Source: Mobula hypostoma (lineage: Eukaryota). Taken from it: a DNA stretch of 64,000 nucleotides. Made by a program: the position numbers and the translations under genes. The stretch lies in contig NC_086109.1 of NCBI RefSeq assembly GCF_963921235.1, positions 6,512,001 through 6,576,000 of the forward strand, in the 5' to 3' direction. The notes beneath the pieces were generated by a model. That model saw nothing but the letters and a program-made list of their open reading frames with translations, searched no databases and had not been told where the DNA came from. Positions 13,501 to 28,500 of the stretch are shown piece after piece (the first letter of the stretch is position 1; each line of letters opens with the position of its first letter).

Positions 13501-16500
13501 TCTTTGGCTCATCTAGTCCATGCCAAGCTATAACTCTGTCCAGACTCATTGACCTGCACCTGGGCCATAGACCTTCATACCCCTCCCATCCGTGCATTTA
13601 TCCAAATTTCTCTTAAATGTTGCAATTGAACCTAGATCCACTACTTCTGCTGGCTGTTTGTTCCACACTTATTACTTTATTCAGTATGGCTGTGTAGTTT
13701 TAATTTACGTATTAAATGTGCCATACAAATGTTGGTTTTTGTAATCCTTCGATGTTCTCACCATTATTCATTAAAAAGTTTTCATTATTTACATTGTCAC
13801 TTAGGCCAGTTTAAGGGCACTCCACGTGTCTAAGGATATGGGAGAGACCTGGAATATAGCACAGTTGCCTCACGTAACCACTGAGCAGTTCTACTCCATT
13901 CTGGCTGCCAATGACGACATGGTGTTTATGCACGTCGATGATCCTGGTGGTAGGTAGTCACGGTTATCTTCCTCTCATTTGACTACACTCTCCCTTGTCT
14001 GTAGATAGATGATCAGCTGCCATTTGTGTGCCAAAGCATCTCCTTCTTTGCTTCCATCATCTCCTTTTTCCCTGCACAGTCTCTGTACAGTTAAATATCA
14101 GAAAGATTAACTATTGATTTCCGTGCTAGATTCCAGCCATTGATTTAATTGCTCCCCTTCACCTCTTTTCAAAAGTTACCTTGGCCCATCAGCATCACCA
14201 AAACTGTTTCTCCAGCCAGAATATTGGACTCTGTTGTCATCTTATTATACCAATAGACGATTTCCACTTGCCAAGTGTCAGCCCACCAGCCACTGAAGTT
14301 TTTACCTTTGTCATTCTGCAACCTGATTATTCCATTAGCCTTCTAGGAGACTTCCCGTAAAATTCAATTCGAGAAATTTTAACTTGGGTATATTTGGAGC
14401 AAATCTACCCTTGTTCTGTCCTGCACTGCATCCATCAACCAAGTCCTTGTTGACTTTGCCTAGCTCTGTTCTCCTCAAAGCCTTCACTTTAAAATTGTAA
14501 TTATTTTTAATGTGCTTTCCAGTTCTACTCCTTCACAACTCTAAAGTTCAGATTTGCTCTTTTGTGCATCTCTCATTAAATGCTGGAGGAGCTCAACAGG
14601 TCAGGCAGCATCTATGGAAATGAATAAACAGCTGATGATTCAGGCAGAGAGCCTCCTTCAGAACTTGCTTTCTTCCTTCTTCCCTTTGTGTCCTGAAGAA
14701 AAGTCTCAACCCAAAACGTCAACTGTTTGTTCATTTCCATAGGTGTTGCCTGACTTGCTGAATTCCTCCAGCATTTTGTGCGTGTTGCCAGCATCTGCAG
14801 AATCTCTTGTGTTTGTGCATCTTCGCTAGCTTATACAGTACTATGCAAAAGTCTTTGGCACATGTATATTGCCAGGGTCCGAAAGACTTTTGCACAGTAC
14901 TCTAGTAATTTTATGTATTGCACTATACTGCTGCTTCTGCAAAAAAAACCCAAACAAATTTCATGACCGATGTGAATAATGATAAACCTGATTCTGATAT
15001 CGTTCTCTATTGTGGACTAAGAGTGGGAAGGGAACAGGGAGAGAGAAATCATGGTTGGGGAGAGGGAGGGAGTGGGAAGCACCAGAGAGATGTTCTATAA
15101 TGATCAATAACCCAATTGTTTGGAATCAAACGATCTTGCCTGGTATCTCAGGGCAGGGTGTGTCTGCATCCACGCCACCACCCCACCCCACCGCTCCTAC
15201 TGTCCCACACCCCTCCCACAGCGCTGCACCCTTGCCATTCCCAATATCCTTTGCTCCCACCAGATCTACAAATTGGCTCTCAGCTCTATGTTGACAAGTA
15301 CCATACTGTGCAAAGTTCCTAGGCACCCTAGCTATATATGTACCTATACGTGTGTCTAAGATTTTACGTAGTAGTTTAACTATCCACTCACTTGTTCCTT
15401 AGACCATAAGACATAGGAACAGAATTAGACCATTCAGCCCATCGAGAGCCCTGCTATTCCAGCATGGCTGATCCTGGATCCCACTCAACCCCATAACTTA
15501 ACTCAAACTTGTGTCATTAGGGTGTCCTGTTCTGAAGGTGTTTCAGGAAACCTGCACCTAATCACTCAGCAGGTCAGAATTTTCAATGGAGAGGAATAAA
15601 GAGCCAATGTTTTGGGCCGCAACTCTTTTCGAGTCTTCTCCATGGATACTGCCTGACCTGCTGAGTTTTCCATAGTTTTGCTTATTGCCCTGGAATTCCA
15701 GAATCTGCAGAATCTCTAGTGTTTATGATTTGCTGCTTCTTATCAAACGTTTTGCCAGTCCCTTCCTGGTATTTTTCTGACTAGGGTGACATGAAAGACT
15801 GGTATTACTTTCTGAAGTGCCCTTTTGTTACCCCGCATTGTTTGATATCATTCATGGTTTTGAATTCTGAAAGCATTTTGAGCCACCAAATCAAACGGTT
15901 GATAACTTGAATCCTCAACTTATCTTAAGCACTTGTTAGGGGACTCCATGTAGTTTGTCCTTCAGTTAGTCCTGACGAAGGGTCTCGGCCCAAAACGTCG
16001 ACTGTACCTCTTCCTAGAGATGCTGCCTAGCCTGCTGCGTTCACCAGCAACTTTGCTGTGTGTTGCTTGAATTAACAGCATCTGCAGATTTCCTGTTGCT
16101 TGTCTAATAGTAAACTGTCTTTAAGTCATAGTCATATTGATCCCAGGGGAAATTGGTTTTCGTTGCACCATAAATAATTAAATAGTAATATGTAAATTAT
16201 GCCAGGAAATAATTCCAGGACCAGTCTATTGGCTCAGGGTGTCTGACCCTCCAAGGGAGGAGTTATAAAGTTTGATGGCCACAGGCAGGAATGACTTCCT
16301 ATGATGCTCTGTGCTGCATCTTGGTGGAATGAGTCTCTGGCTGAATGTACTCCTGTACCCACCCAGTACATTATGTAGTGGATAGGAGACATCGTCCAAG
16401 ATGGCATGCAACTTGGACAGCATCCTCTTTTCAGACACCACCATCAGAGAGTCCAGTTCCATCCCCACAACATCACTGGCCTTACGAATGAGTTTGTTGA

Positions 16501-19500
16501 TTCTGTTGGTGTCTGCTACCCTCAGCCTGCTGCCCCAGCACACAACAGCAAACATGATAGCACTGTCCACCACAGATTCGTAGAACATCCTCAGCATCGT
16601 CCAACAGATGTTAAAGGATTTTAAAAGATGTTTAAGGCTTGTTTGCAATAGAAATTCCAATTAGAATTTTATTGAGATGCGGCATGGAATAGGCCCTTCC
16701 GGTCCTTTGAACTGTGCTGCCCAGCAATTCCCCCGATTTAATCCTAGCCTAATCACAGGACAATTTACAATTAATCTGCCAACCAGTACGTCTTTGAACT
16801 GTGAGAGGAAACCGGATCATCTGGAGGAATACCATGCACTCACGGTTTAAATGTCACAAGTTACTTCTCCTCTGGCTGTCGAGTCTGCTGCTCCAGTTCT
16901 CGGGAATGGAACCCTTGCTTAATCAAGGGACTACCAGTGCCTGGAATTGAGCTTTTTTAAATTAATAAATTACTGCAGTAATTTAATTCTATCTCACTGA
17001 TCTGCATTGATTAAAATTGCAGTGGTATTCATGTGCACTACAGTACCTTTTTAAAAGCATCTGAACTTGCCTAAGATTTCCAACATCTACACCACATTGC
17101 TCTGTATGGCTTATTCTGTTCAACTAACTCATAGCATTAAATTTTGGTTTTCTTCCCCATCCAGACACAGGCTATGGTACCATTTATGCTTCAGATGATC
17201 GCGGAATAGTGTATTCTAAATCCCTTGAGCGACACTTGTACACAGCGACAAGAGGCGAGACGGACTTCACAAATATTACCTCACTGCGTGGAGTATATGT
17301 TAGTAGCATACTTGCAGAAGGTAAGGAAACTCTTGTTTACAGGGTGGAGGTATTGTTGGTCAAACTAGTGTTAATTGCTTATCTCTAATCATCTGCAAAG
17401 TAGTGGAAGTCACTGCTTTGACCATCTGGAGTGTGACTCCTACAGTGCGATTAGATAAAAACTTCTGAGGTTGGATCTAATTTTGATGAAGAATGCACTT
17501 TAAAACTTTAGCAGTATAATTAAACTCTTTCTTAAAAGCAAGCATGTAAAATTGCATTATGTTAAGCTTGATATTATTTGGAATCTTGTTCCCTTTTCTG
17601 AAAAACACATGCAAGATGCTGGAGGAACTCAGCATGTCAGACAAGTTGATGCTGCCTGACATGAGTTCCTCCAGCATTTTCTGTGTTTTACTTAATATTT
17701 CCAGCATCTGCAGACTCTCTTGTGTCCCTTTTTCTGAAAAGTAACAAAGAAAGGGAGATAAGTAAGCAAAAATTAGTAAATATAACAGTTTCCGTATTAG
17801 GTGATTAGTGGCTTTAGTGCAAGCTTTTATTATTAAACTGTGATGTTCTGGTTTTGGTATTCAGTATGTGCTTGACTGGTGCACAAGTCTTCTGTTTATT
17901 AGACGCTCTGAGAACTTGCTTAATGGCTATCTTTTTTTCCCCCTTCGTCTTCCTGCATCTTTGTTTCATGTGGAAGGGGTAAGATGGCCGAACTGCTCTC
18001 TGCTTACAGTTTTTGTGTTGGCTAATGAATTGCACCTTAAGCTGAGAATCTGCGGCTCTGTGATTGGGCCAAAATACTATTGTAGGTTATACAGTGACGG
18101 AAATGTTTGTCACTCACTGCAACCTGGCTTCTAATTTAATGTCACTTCACTGCTGAAACCTCCAGTAGTTGTAATTAGATTTTGGTATCATGTCTAGACT
18201 ATTAAATACTGTTTGTGTTTTCTCTTTAGATGGTTCTGTTCAGTCTGTCATTACATTTGATAGAGGAGGGAAATGGCAGCCGTTAAGAAAACCAGAAAAC
18301 AGTGATTGTGATTCAACTGCCAAAAATAAGGATGAGGTGAGTATATGCTGAAGATGTAGCTCTGAGTCCTCGTGATGTGTTAAGATCTTTCCTCTGCCGC
18401 CTGCTAATGAAGGATTTGTGTATAGAACATCGAACAGTAAGCACAGTACAGGCCCTTCGGCCCACTATGTTGTGCTGACCTTTTGGCCTACTCCAAGATC
18501 AAGCTAACCTTTTACTCCCACGTAGCCCTCCACTTTCATCCATGTTCCTATCTAATAGATAAGTCAAGTATAATTCAAATCATTTAAAAATGGTAGAACT
18601 TTCTAATTCACATCTTCCGCTGGTATACCGGTAAAAAAAGAGCCATTTTAATAAAGTTTACCTCAGAACAGAACCATTAATTTGTTATTAGATATAATTC
18701 ATGCCTCCTGAGTGTTGTCCCTCTGCCAAAGTATATGTTTATTCTAATATTTACTTTTAAAATATTTTTATCTTAACAGATACTATCTCTGCAGTTTGAT
18801 TCATTATTGAGTAGTCCTAATTCTTGTCTTTGATTCTCCAGTGTAGTCTGCACATCCATGCATCCTACAGCATTTCTCAGAAACTGAATGTACCGATGCC
18901 ACCGCTGTCTGAACCCAATGCTGTTGGTCTGATCATTGCACACGGTATTAATCTAAAACTTTTTAATCATCTCAGTGTTTTCTCTCTCTAGACACTACAA
19001 TATCATCTAAGCTATTTGTCTATTTCACTATTCCCCTTTAGCACTATTTTTATTGTAACTTCTAGTAACCTTTAATTGTGCTTTACTGCTGCCACAAAAC
19101 AGTTTTGTCTTTTAATTTTTAGTAAATTGTTTACAAGTTTTGTAATTTCTCTTTTGATTTGACATGATGCACAATTGTTTGTGGATTAGTTCTAAAAATC
19201 CAAATTCCACAGCATTTCAGAATCAGGTTTAGTATCACCGACATGTGTCGTGAGATTTATTGATTTGGGCAGCAGTGCGTTGCAATACATACAGTGCCTT
19301 GCAAAAGTATTTCAACCCCAACAACTATTTTTACATTTTACTGTCTCATTTTCTAAATTTAAAATATATTGAAGCAGGATTTTTAGAACTAATCTACAAA
19401 CAATTGTGCATCATGCCAAATCAAAAGAGAAATTACAAAACTTGTCAACAGTTTACTAAAATTTAAAAACCAAAATTGTGAGGCTGAAAAAGAATTCATC

Positions 19501-22500
19501 CCCTTTGTAATTACTACGCTGACTTTCCTCGGGTGCAGTACTGCGTATTACCCTACCAACTCACCCAATTTGTTGATGTAGAAAATTGGAGGATCACCTA
19601 TTTTCAATGAATTCATAATAAATACCCCCTTTCTCTGTAATGTCAAACAGTGTGGTAGATTTTCAATAAATCAAACCAAATAGATAAAGCAAAAGAGCAT
19701 TCAAGACAAGTCAGGGACATGATAATAGAGAAGCACAAATCTGGGGAAGGGCACAAATCCAGCTCAAAGGCACTGAACATACCTTGGCGCTCAGTGCAGT
19801 CCATCATGAAAAAGTGGAAAAATATGACCGTTGGTTAGGTCAGGCCACCCCTCTAAACTTAGTTGCCAGAGAACAATGGCACCTATAAGAGAGGCTACTG
19901 TGATGCCAACAGTCACTCTGAAGGAGCTGCAGAAGTCAGTGGCTGCATTTGAAGCTCATGGCTCCACAATTTCTAAGGCCTTGTGCAAAAAAGGGTTTTG
20001 TAGGAGAGTAGCAAAGAATCCCTGGCTTTTAAAAAAAAAGCGCTTAACCTTGCCCATAAAAACTTTGCGAAGCTACACTTAGAAGATACTGTAAAGATGT
20101 GGAAGAATGTCTTGTGGTCTGATGAGACTAAAGTGGAACTTTCTGGCCTCAACACTAAGCAATACGTATTACTGCGCATCAGCCAGGTAAAGTATGGTGG
20201 AGGTAACGTCATGATGTGGGGATGTCTTTTCTGTAGGAGGGACTGGAAATCTGGTCAGGACTGATGGGAAGATGAAAGCTGCTCTATAGAGAGACCCTGG
20301 ATAAAAATCTGCTCACCTCTGCCAGAAAGCTTAAACTGGGGAATAAGTTTGTCTTTCAGCAGGACAATGACCCAAAGCACACTGCCAGAGCAACCACGGA
20401 GTGGCTTCAAATGAAGAAAATTGATGTCCTTGAGTGGCCCAGTCAGAGTTCTGACCTTAACCAGATCTGGCTAAGCCTCGATTGCTGGCCAATGCCGCTC
20501 ACAACTAACCTGGCACAACTTGATCAATTTTACAAGGAGGAATGGGAAAAATTTTGCTTCATCATATTGTGCAAAGCTAATACAGACTTGTCCAAAAAGG
20601 CTACTGGCTGTGATAGCTGAGAGGTGGTTCAGCTGAGTACTGAGCAAAGGAGTATGAATACTTTGAACTGTTGACATTTCAAAGTTTCTGAATTTTTTAG
20701 CTTTTGATGCTTTATAATTTTCTGTTTTTTTTTGGAGGAGGTTACTGTGAAAAAAGGAGCGTGTGATTCACAAATAAAAATTCTCAGTTAAATTGATCAA
20801 AATCCTGGTTGTAATACTCATTGATGTGAACAAAGAATTGGGGGCTGATTACTTTATCAAGGCATTGTAGGGGAAAAAAAGACTAAATTACAATAAGTAT
20901 ATATAAAAATAAATAAATAATCTGTGCAAAAAGAGAGGGAAGATGCTGAGGAAGTGTAAATGGGTTCATTGTCTATTTAGAAACCTGACAGCAGAGGAAA
21001 AGAAGCTGTTCCTGAAATGTTGAGTGTGTGTTTTCAGGCTCCTGTACCTCCTCTTTGATGGTAACAGTGAGAAGAGCTCGTGTCTTAGGTGAAGGGGGCC
21101 CTTAATGATGGATGACATCTTTTTGAAGCATCACCTTTTGAAGGTGCCCTGGATGCTGGGGAGGCTACTGCCCGTGATGAAGCTGACTGAGTTTACAGTT
21201 TTCTACCTGTTTTCCGATCCTGTGGCCTGACCCCTACATGCCAGACGGTGATGCAGTTAGAATGCTCTCTGTAGAAATTTGCAAGCGTCTTTGGTGACAT
21301 ACTAAATCTCAAACTTCTAATGAAGTATAGCCACTTTTTGTGTCTTTGTAATTGCATCAATATGTTGAGCCCAGGATAGATCCTTAGAGACAGAAACTGC
21401 TGTGACCCCTCGATGTGGGGTGCTGTGTGTTCCCTCAACTCCCCCTTCCAGAAGTCCACAATCAATTCCTTGGTCTTACTGACACTGAATACAAGGTTAC
21501 TGTTGTGACACCACTCAACCATCTGTCCTATTCCGCTCCTGTATGCCTTCTTGTCACCACCTGAAATTCTGCCAACAGTAGTTGTGTTGCTGGTGAATTT
21601 ATAATGCCGTTGACCTGTGCCTAGCCACACAGTTGTGGGTGTAGAGAAAGTAGAGCAGTGGGTTAAGCACGCCATCACTGATTGTCAGTGAGGAGGAGGT
21701 GTTACTTCTGATCTGCACTCATCTGCCAGTGAGGAAGTGAAAGGTCCAGTCACAGGGGGAAGTATAGAGGCCTGGGTCTTGGAGTTTGTTAATTAGAACT
21801 CAGGGTATGTTGAATGCTGGGCTGTAGCCAATAAACAGCAGAACATGTCAGTGACAATGAACCTGATTCTGATTTTGGAAGCATTGGTGATTTTGTGTAG
21901 TGGTAGATTTTAATTCTGCTGTTTCCCTTCTTGGTCCACTTGCATTAGCTGATTGTTGCTTATCTTGAGTACCTTCCTCCCAGAAATCGTAATAGCTCAT
22001 AATGGTAGATCATCAGGACGTGGGTCTCTGCTGCACACAGGCAGGAACTGAATGATCCTTCAATATTGCCAGCAGAGTGGCATTAACATGTCACTCTAAA
22101 GTTTGTCTATAATTTTGTTGTGGAATGCACTTTAGATATTGAGTACTTGCATCTTTTACTTTTTGAGCCACAGGAGAGATGCTGAGCAAAAAGTATATTA
22201 ATGCCGTTAAGGAAAACCCAAGTATTGTTATAGCATCTTGCTAACATGTCGTTTGAATCAATTAAGTACTTCAGAATCAGGTTTATTATCACTGACATAT
22301 GTAGTGAAAATTGTTGTCTGGCAGCAACAGTACGGTGCAATACTCTGTACTGCCTGTTATGTCACTGGCGTTTAGGGCAGTAATGAAGGTCCTCCATCTC
22401 TGACCATGTCCAGGGCTTCCTTCATCTTGACAGTAGCTCAGTTTTCACTGCTCTCAGTCGTGCAAGTCCTAGATGGAGAGTCAGGAATACCATCCCACTC

Positions 22501-25500
22501 AGATGTAGAAGGATTTTCATTACTGTTTCCATAACAGTTTTGTTTTACCAGTCAGGATTGTTAGCCCTGAGTTGAACCCCCGAACCTGGAGGGCTGGTGA
22601 ACTACTCTTATTCTGGCCTGTGGCCTCTGCCCTTTGACCTGTTTGATATGGGTGACCCTACCAAGTGCCAAAGCATAAAGCCCTGACTCCAGCCAACACA
22701 GCTCTCCAGGTCACTGAGGCACATAGGCCTCTAAAACCTGCGGCATGATTGTCGCCCTTTTGGAGCTATGTGCTGTAAATTACAATAAAAACATATTAAA
22801 AATAGATCAGTGATACAAAAAGAGAGCAAAAATAGTTCATGGGCTATTCAGAAATCTGATTATGGTGTGGAAGAAGTTGTTCTTGCTCAGACTGTATCAA
22901 ATAAAACAGATTTTCTTCAGTGCAGATGTTTATTGAAAATCAATAATGCTGCTCTTGGTGTTTAAGAAGGGCTAATGGAAAACCACTTAAGTAGAAAAGA
23001 TTTGCCAAGAACAATGTGGTCATGGAAAGACCATGATCGCCACGACAAACAACACTGCACAAAACTAGCTAATGTTTTTGAACAGCAGCTAGTTTATAGT
23101 ACCAATCTGTTCTCTTTAATGCATGGCTATTAAATTTTAATGTTCCCTTTCTGCATTAGAACTTCTTCCTAGTCATTTAAGATGTTCCTTTAAGTGAGAG
23201 TAAAACTATTAAATGTTCTTCTACTGTTGTAGCAAATTGTTAAGTGATGGGGTTGCATATCTACAGTTTTCAGCAATGTGAGATTTTATCACAGAGGTAA
23301 TTGCTCGGTTTTTAGTCACCCAATAGTTGTAATTTCTGTTTTGTCATTTCTAGGCAGCGTGGGGGATGCTATCTCTGTAATGAATCCTGATGTGTACGTG
23401 TCTGATGATGGTGGATACTCTTGGTTTAAGGCTTTAAAGGGACCCCATTATTATGCCATCCTGGATTCTGGAGGCTTGATAGTTGCTGTGGAGTATAACT
23501 TGTATCAGCGTGTCAATACCATCAAGTAAGTATTGTTGCTCAATAACATGCCAGTGTATTTGATTGTCAGTCTCCTGGAAATAGTTGCGTAGTGTCAGGA
23601 GTGAGAAGCAATTTCTTCAATATATTCAACCATGAGGTGCCTGCATTTTCATAAGCATACTAATTATACTGTATGTCCGTAGAACATATGTGGTTGGTAG
23701 CATTTCAGAATACTTCCAAAGATCTTAAAATTTGATTTTTTTTCCCCCTGTGTGGTGAGTCATTTGGTTCGTGGGGGTTTAGATTTTGTACAGAAGCGGT
23801 TACAATATCACGTTGTATTAGGAGCATAGAAAATAACAGGTTTGGACTTCCACGCCTACTCAATCAAAGTTCAGTAAAAACAAAAGACTAATAAAGCTAA
23901 TCAAGGAAAATCAGTATCATCATGATCTAGCAATAGATTTTTTAAAAATAAAAATAGAATCCTTGGCTCTTTTGAAAAATAGCATGCATCTTGCTGAATC
24001 TCAAAAATACAACATGGATTCAAGTGAATGTTCCATCCTTGAAGTGCTCTCGAAAGAGAATTACTAAAATAGGAAGGGAAAGGGGGATTTCAGTGACAAA
24101 CAGACTGGAGAAGCAGGCAGTTTTGAAAGCTAGAGATAGTCATGAGGAAATTTGTTCATGAAATGTTTAGATTAAGAGAGACTCATATCAGAATCAGGTT
24201 TATCATCACTCACGTATGTCATGAAATTTGTTTTTTTTTTGTGGCAGCAGTACAGTGCACTACATAAAATTACTACATTTCTGTGCAAAAATCTTAAACC
24301 CCCTACCTATATATCAACACGAGGAAGTGTGCGGATATTGGAAATCCAAAGCAACACACACAAAGTGCTAGAGGAACTCGGCCGGTCAGGCAGCATCTGT
24401 GGAAAAGATTAAATGGTCGACATTTCGGGCTGAGAAGGAAAGGGGAGGAGGCAAGCTGGAAGGTGATAGGTGAAGCTAAGTGGGTAGGAAGGGTCAAGGG
24501 CTGGATAGGAGAGGAGAGTGGACGATCGGAGAAAGGGAAGGAGGAGAGGACCCGGGGGAAGTGATAGGTCAAAGGAAGTATAAATTCGGACTGGAGAACG
24601 GAGGAAGTGGGGGGGGGGCGGTGGAATCGATATTTATACCATCGGGTTGCGGGTATCCAGACGTTTATTGGGGGACCGCTTCGTTGAGCATCTCTACACC
24701 ACCTGCCACAAGCAGCGCCTTCCGGTGGCCAAACATTTTAATTCCGGTTCCCATTCCTGTTCCAACGTGTCAGTCCATGGCCTCCTTTCCAGCCAAGATG
24801 AGGCCACCCTCAGGGTAGAGGAGCAACCCCTTGTATATTCCGTCGGGGTAGCCTCCAACCTGATGGCATGAATATCGATTTTTCCGTCTGGTAAAAAAAA
24901 TTCCCCCTGCCCCCAAGGGAGTACATGGGCTAATAAGTTATGCAAGATGCATTTTACAGTGCTATTTTCCTAATTTCCACTCATCATTCATCTTTAACGT
25001 CCGTGCCCAACTCATCCAGCATTAATGCTAAGATGAAGACCTGTCATTCCCTGTTCCCCTCACTTCAGTCAGTGCTTTGGAACTTGGTCATCCAACCAAA
25101 CTCTAATTCAAAACCCTCCAGGTGCCTGTCAGCTTGTCCTTTCTTGTTTTACTGGAGAATTAACTGGACAATAATGAACAGAAACTGCAGTTTGTCATCA
25201 ACAGCTGATTTTTTTTTTGTTAATGGAACAGCGTTATTAATGTTGCAAGTTCAGGATGGATTGACCGCAGTACCTAGCCTTTGTGCATAACCCATGCATC
25301 CATGGGTTTATTCTTCTGATTTATTGAATGGGTTTTTGAAAAAAACTATCTGAATAGAACATAGCGCACAGAACAGTATAGCACAGTTCAGGCTCTTTGC
25401 CCACGTTTTTAGCGTATTCTAACATCGATCTAACCTTTCCTTCCTACATCCTTCAGCCCATCACCCCTACTGGCCACAGGCCACTGACAGCAGATTGACA

Positions 25501-28500
25501 TAGTCTTCTGTCCTGAGCCAGACTTTCAATTTGTCCCCAGGTGTAGCCCACCTCATCCTAGTCTAGGCAATGATCCTTCTAGTATCAGGGAGGGATGAGG
25601 TCTTTGCAACCTCTGTTGACATTTCTGTAGCTCTGGGTTTTGACAGAATGGGGTTGCCAGCCCATGCCTGACCTTCCTCCTTTCGCAGACGGGCTTGGTG
25701 GAATTTCCCTCCTACATATCCCTCTATCTTTATTTAATCCATGTACCTATGTAAAAGTCTTTAAAATGTCCCTGATGTATCTGGCCGCATATTCCAGACA
25801 CCAACCACTCTGTGTAAAAAAAAAGAACACCTACCTCTGACATCCCCCTATACTTTCTTCTCAACTCCTGAAAGTTTATGACCCCTTGTATTAGCCATTT
25901 AATACCAGCTTCCTAAATTTCTCTCCCTGATTATTGTAAAAGAGGACAGTTTTTCTGAGCTTACTATTCTAAGCCTCTTTGAAATGTTATTTTAAAGTTA
26001 ATTTTGATTCTGGTTCATATATCTATGCTTCACTGGCTCGTCTGGTAGTTTGGCAGAACCTTGATGAGGTGGATTTAATTTGATCATCATTCTCTTTTGA
26101 CAGAAAGCAATGAAAGACCGCCCAACTTGGGTGCTCAACCAGAGTGCAGAAGACAACAAACTGTGCAAATAGGAAAAGAAAAATAATAATAATACATAAA
26201 TAAGCAATAAATATTGAGAACATGAGATGAAGAGTCCTTGAAAGTGAGTCTCTTCTGTAGTTCTATGTCTCAGTGAGTTTCTTTGGTTTCTAGGTTTTCA
26301 ATCGATGAGGGACAGTGCTGGTATTCATATAAATTCACCAAAGACCCCATTATATTTACTGGCCTTGCTTCGGAACCAGGAGCTAGATCGATGAATGTCA
26401 GTGTCTGGGGATATGTGAACCTCATACTTACACAAAGCTGGGTCTCAGTCACCATCGACTTTGAAGAGCTCCTTACAAGAGACTGTGAGTTCAGATTCAT
26501 TCCTCTGGAGAGCCAGTACAGTTTAAGTGAAACACCTTGGCCGTTATTGAATTCGAACTGTCTCGTTGTTGCTGAGTGTCATTTAAGTTGCAAGTACTCG
26601 AAAGATTGTAGGCTGTTACTGCGCAGGCTGACAAATGAGTTAGGTTGTTTAGCGCCGGGTCTCTTTCTGATGATTTGTCGTCACTGTGATCTTTATGCCC
26701 TCCACTGTTGAATGCGTTTGTGGAGAGAAGTTACTGGAACCACTGTCATATTGCAGCAAGTGGTTTATTTTAAACCAAATACAGCTTGGTTTGAACATAA
26801 AGGCTCTGCAATGATGAATGACTCGGCTATTCAATTTAGTAAATGGATTAACACTAGTTAAAATAAATATATTTCCTTGCCCTTTAATGTTATTTATTGA
26901 GCGATACAGTACAGAGGCCCTTCTGGCTCTTTAAGCCGTGCTGCCCCGGCAACCCCACAACCTCATTTAATCCTAAACTAGTCATGGGACAATTTATAAT
27001 GACCAACTAACCTTTGCACTGTGGGAAGAAACCAGAGCACCTGGGGAAAACCCATGCATTCTACAGTACAGACTCTCTACAGAATGGTGTCGGAATTGAA
27101 CATGGAGTAGCAGACCGTCCCGAGCTGTAATAGAGTTGTGCTAACCACTACACTACCGTGGTGCCATCGTTGGGTTCTCTTGATCAGATCGGATTCAATT
27201 ATTTAATCGCGCGTTCATCAAAACACACAGTGAAGTCCATCATTTGTGTTATCAGCCAACGCAGCCTTAGTATGTGCTGGGGGCAGCCCGCAAATGTCAC
27301 CACACATTCCGGCACCAACGTAGCATTCCCACCATGTTCAGCAGAGCAACGCTAACAGCAAAACAAGCCCCTTCCACTCACTCACTCACACACACATACA
27401 TATAGGCCTTGACCTCGGACTCTCAGACATCAGGCCTCCAAGCTCCGGTCCCTGGCCCTGACTTGCAGGCTCTTGTGCCCTTTGTGACAGACAGATCATA
27501 GAGTCTGAGTCACACAGCACAAATACAGTATGGGTCTTCAGCCCGCCTCATCCATGCTGAACATCCTAAGCTAGTCCCATTGCCTGGGTTCGACCCATAC
27601 CACTCCAAAATTTCCCTATCCATATACCTGTCTGTGTCGTTTAAATGTGGTTCTACCCACCTCCAGCACTTCCTCTGGCAGCTCAACCCGTGCACGTATA
27701 CCAGCCTCTGTGTGGAAAAAGTTGCCTCTTGAGTTCCTATTAAGTCTTTATTCTCTCACCTTAAACCAATGGCATCTAGTTCTTAATTTCCGAACCTTGG
27801 ACTAAATACTCCTCAGCCTTTATATAAAATCACCCCTCAGTTTCCTATGCTCTAAGGCAGGGTTTCCAATCTTTTTTAATTCCATGATCCCTACCATTAA
27901 CTGAGGGATCTATGGACTGCAGGCTGGGAGCCCTACTCCAAGGAGAATTGTCCTGGTCTGTCCAATGTCTCCTCTACCTCAATCCCTCGAGTCTTGGGGT
28001 GGACCAACGGCATCTCAGACATCACAACACTGAGATGACCACTTGGGCTGTTCACAGTAACTAATTAGTATTTAAAAGAGCAATTGATGAGCAATACCAT
28101 AGAAAACTACGGTGTGAGTGCTGGGATTAGTAGAGGTACATGCTTTTGAGTTAGCATTAACACATAGAAACATAGAAAATAGGTGCAGGAGTAGGCCATT
28201 CGGCCCTTCGAGCCTGCACCTCCATTTATTATGATCATGGCTGATCATCCAACTCAGAACCCCGCCCCAGCCTTCCCTCCATACCCCCTGACCCCCGTAG
28301 CCACAAGGGCCATATCTAACTCCCTCTTAAATATAGCCAATGAACTGACCTCAACTGTTTCCTGTGGCAGAGAATTCCACAGATTCACCACTCTCTGTGT
28401 GAAGAAATTTTTCCTAATCTCGGTCCTAAAAGGCTTCCCCTCTATCCTCAAACTGTGGCCCCTCGTTCTGGACTTCCCCAACATCGGGAACAATCTTCCT

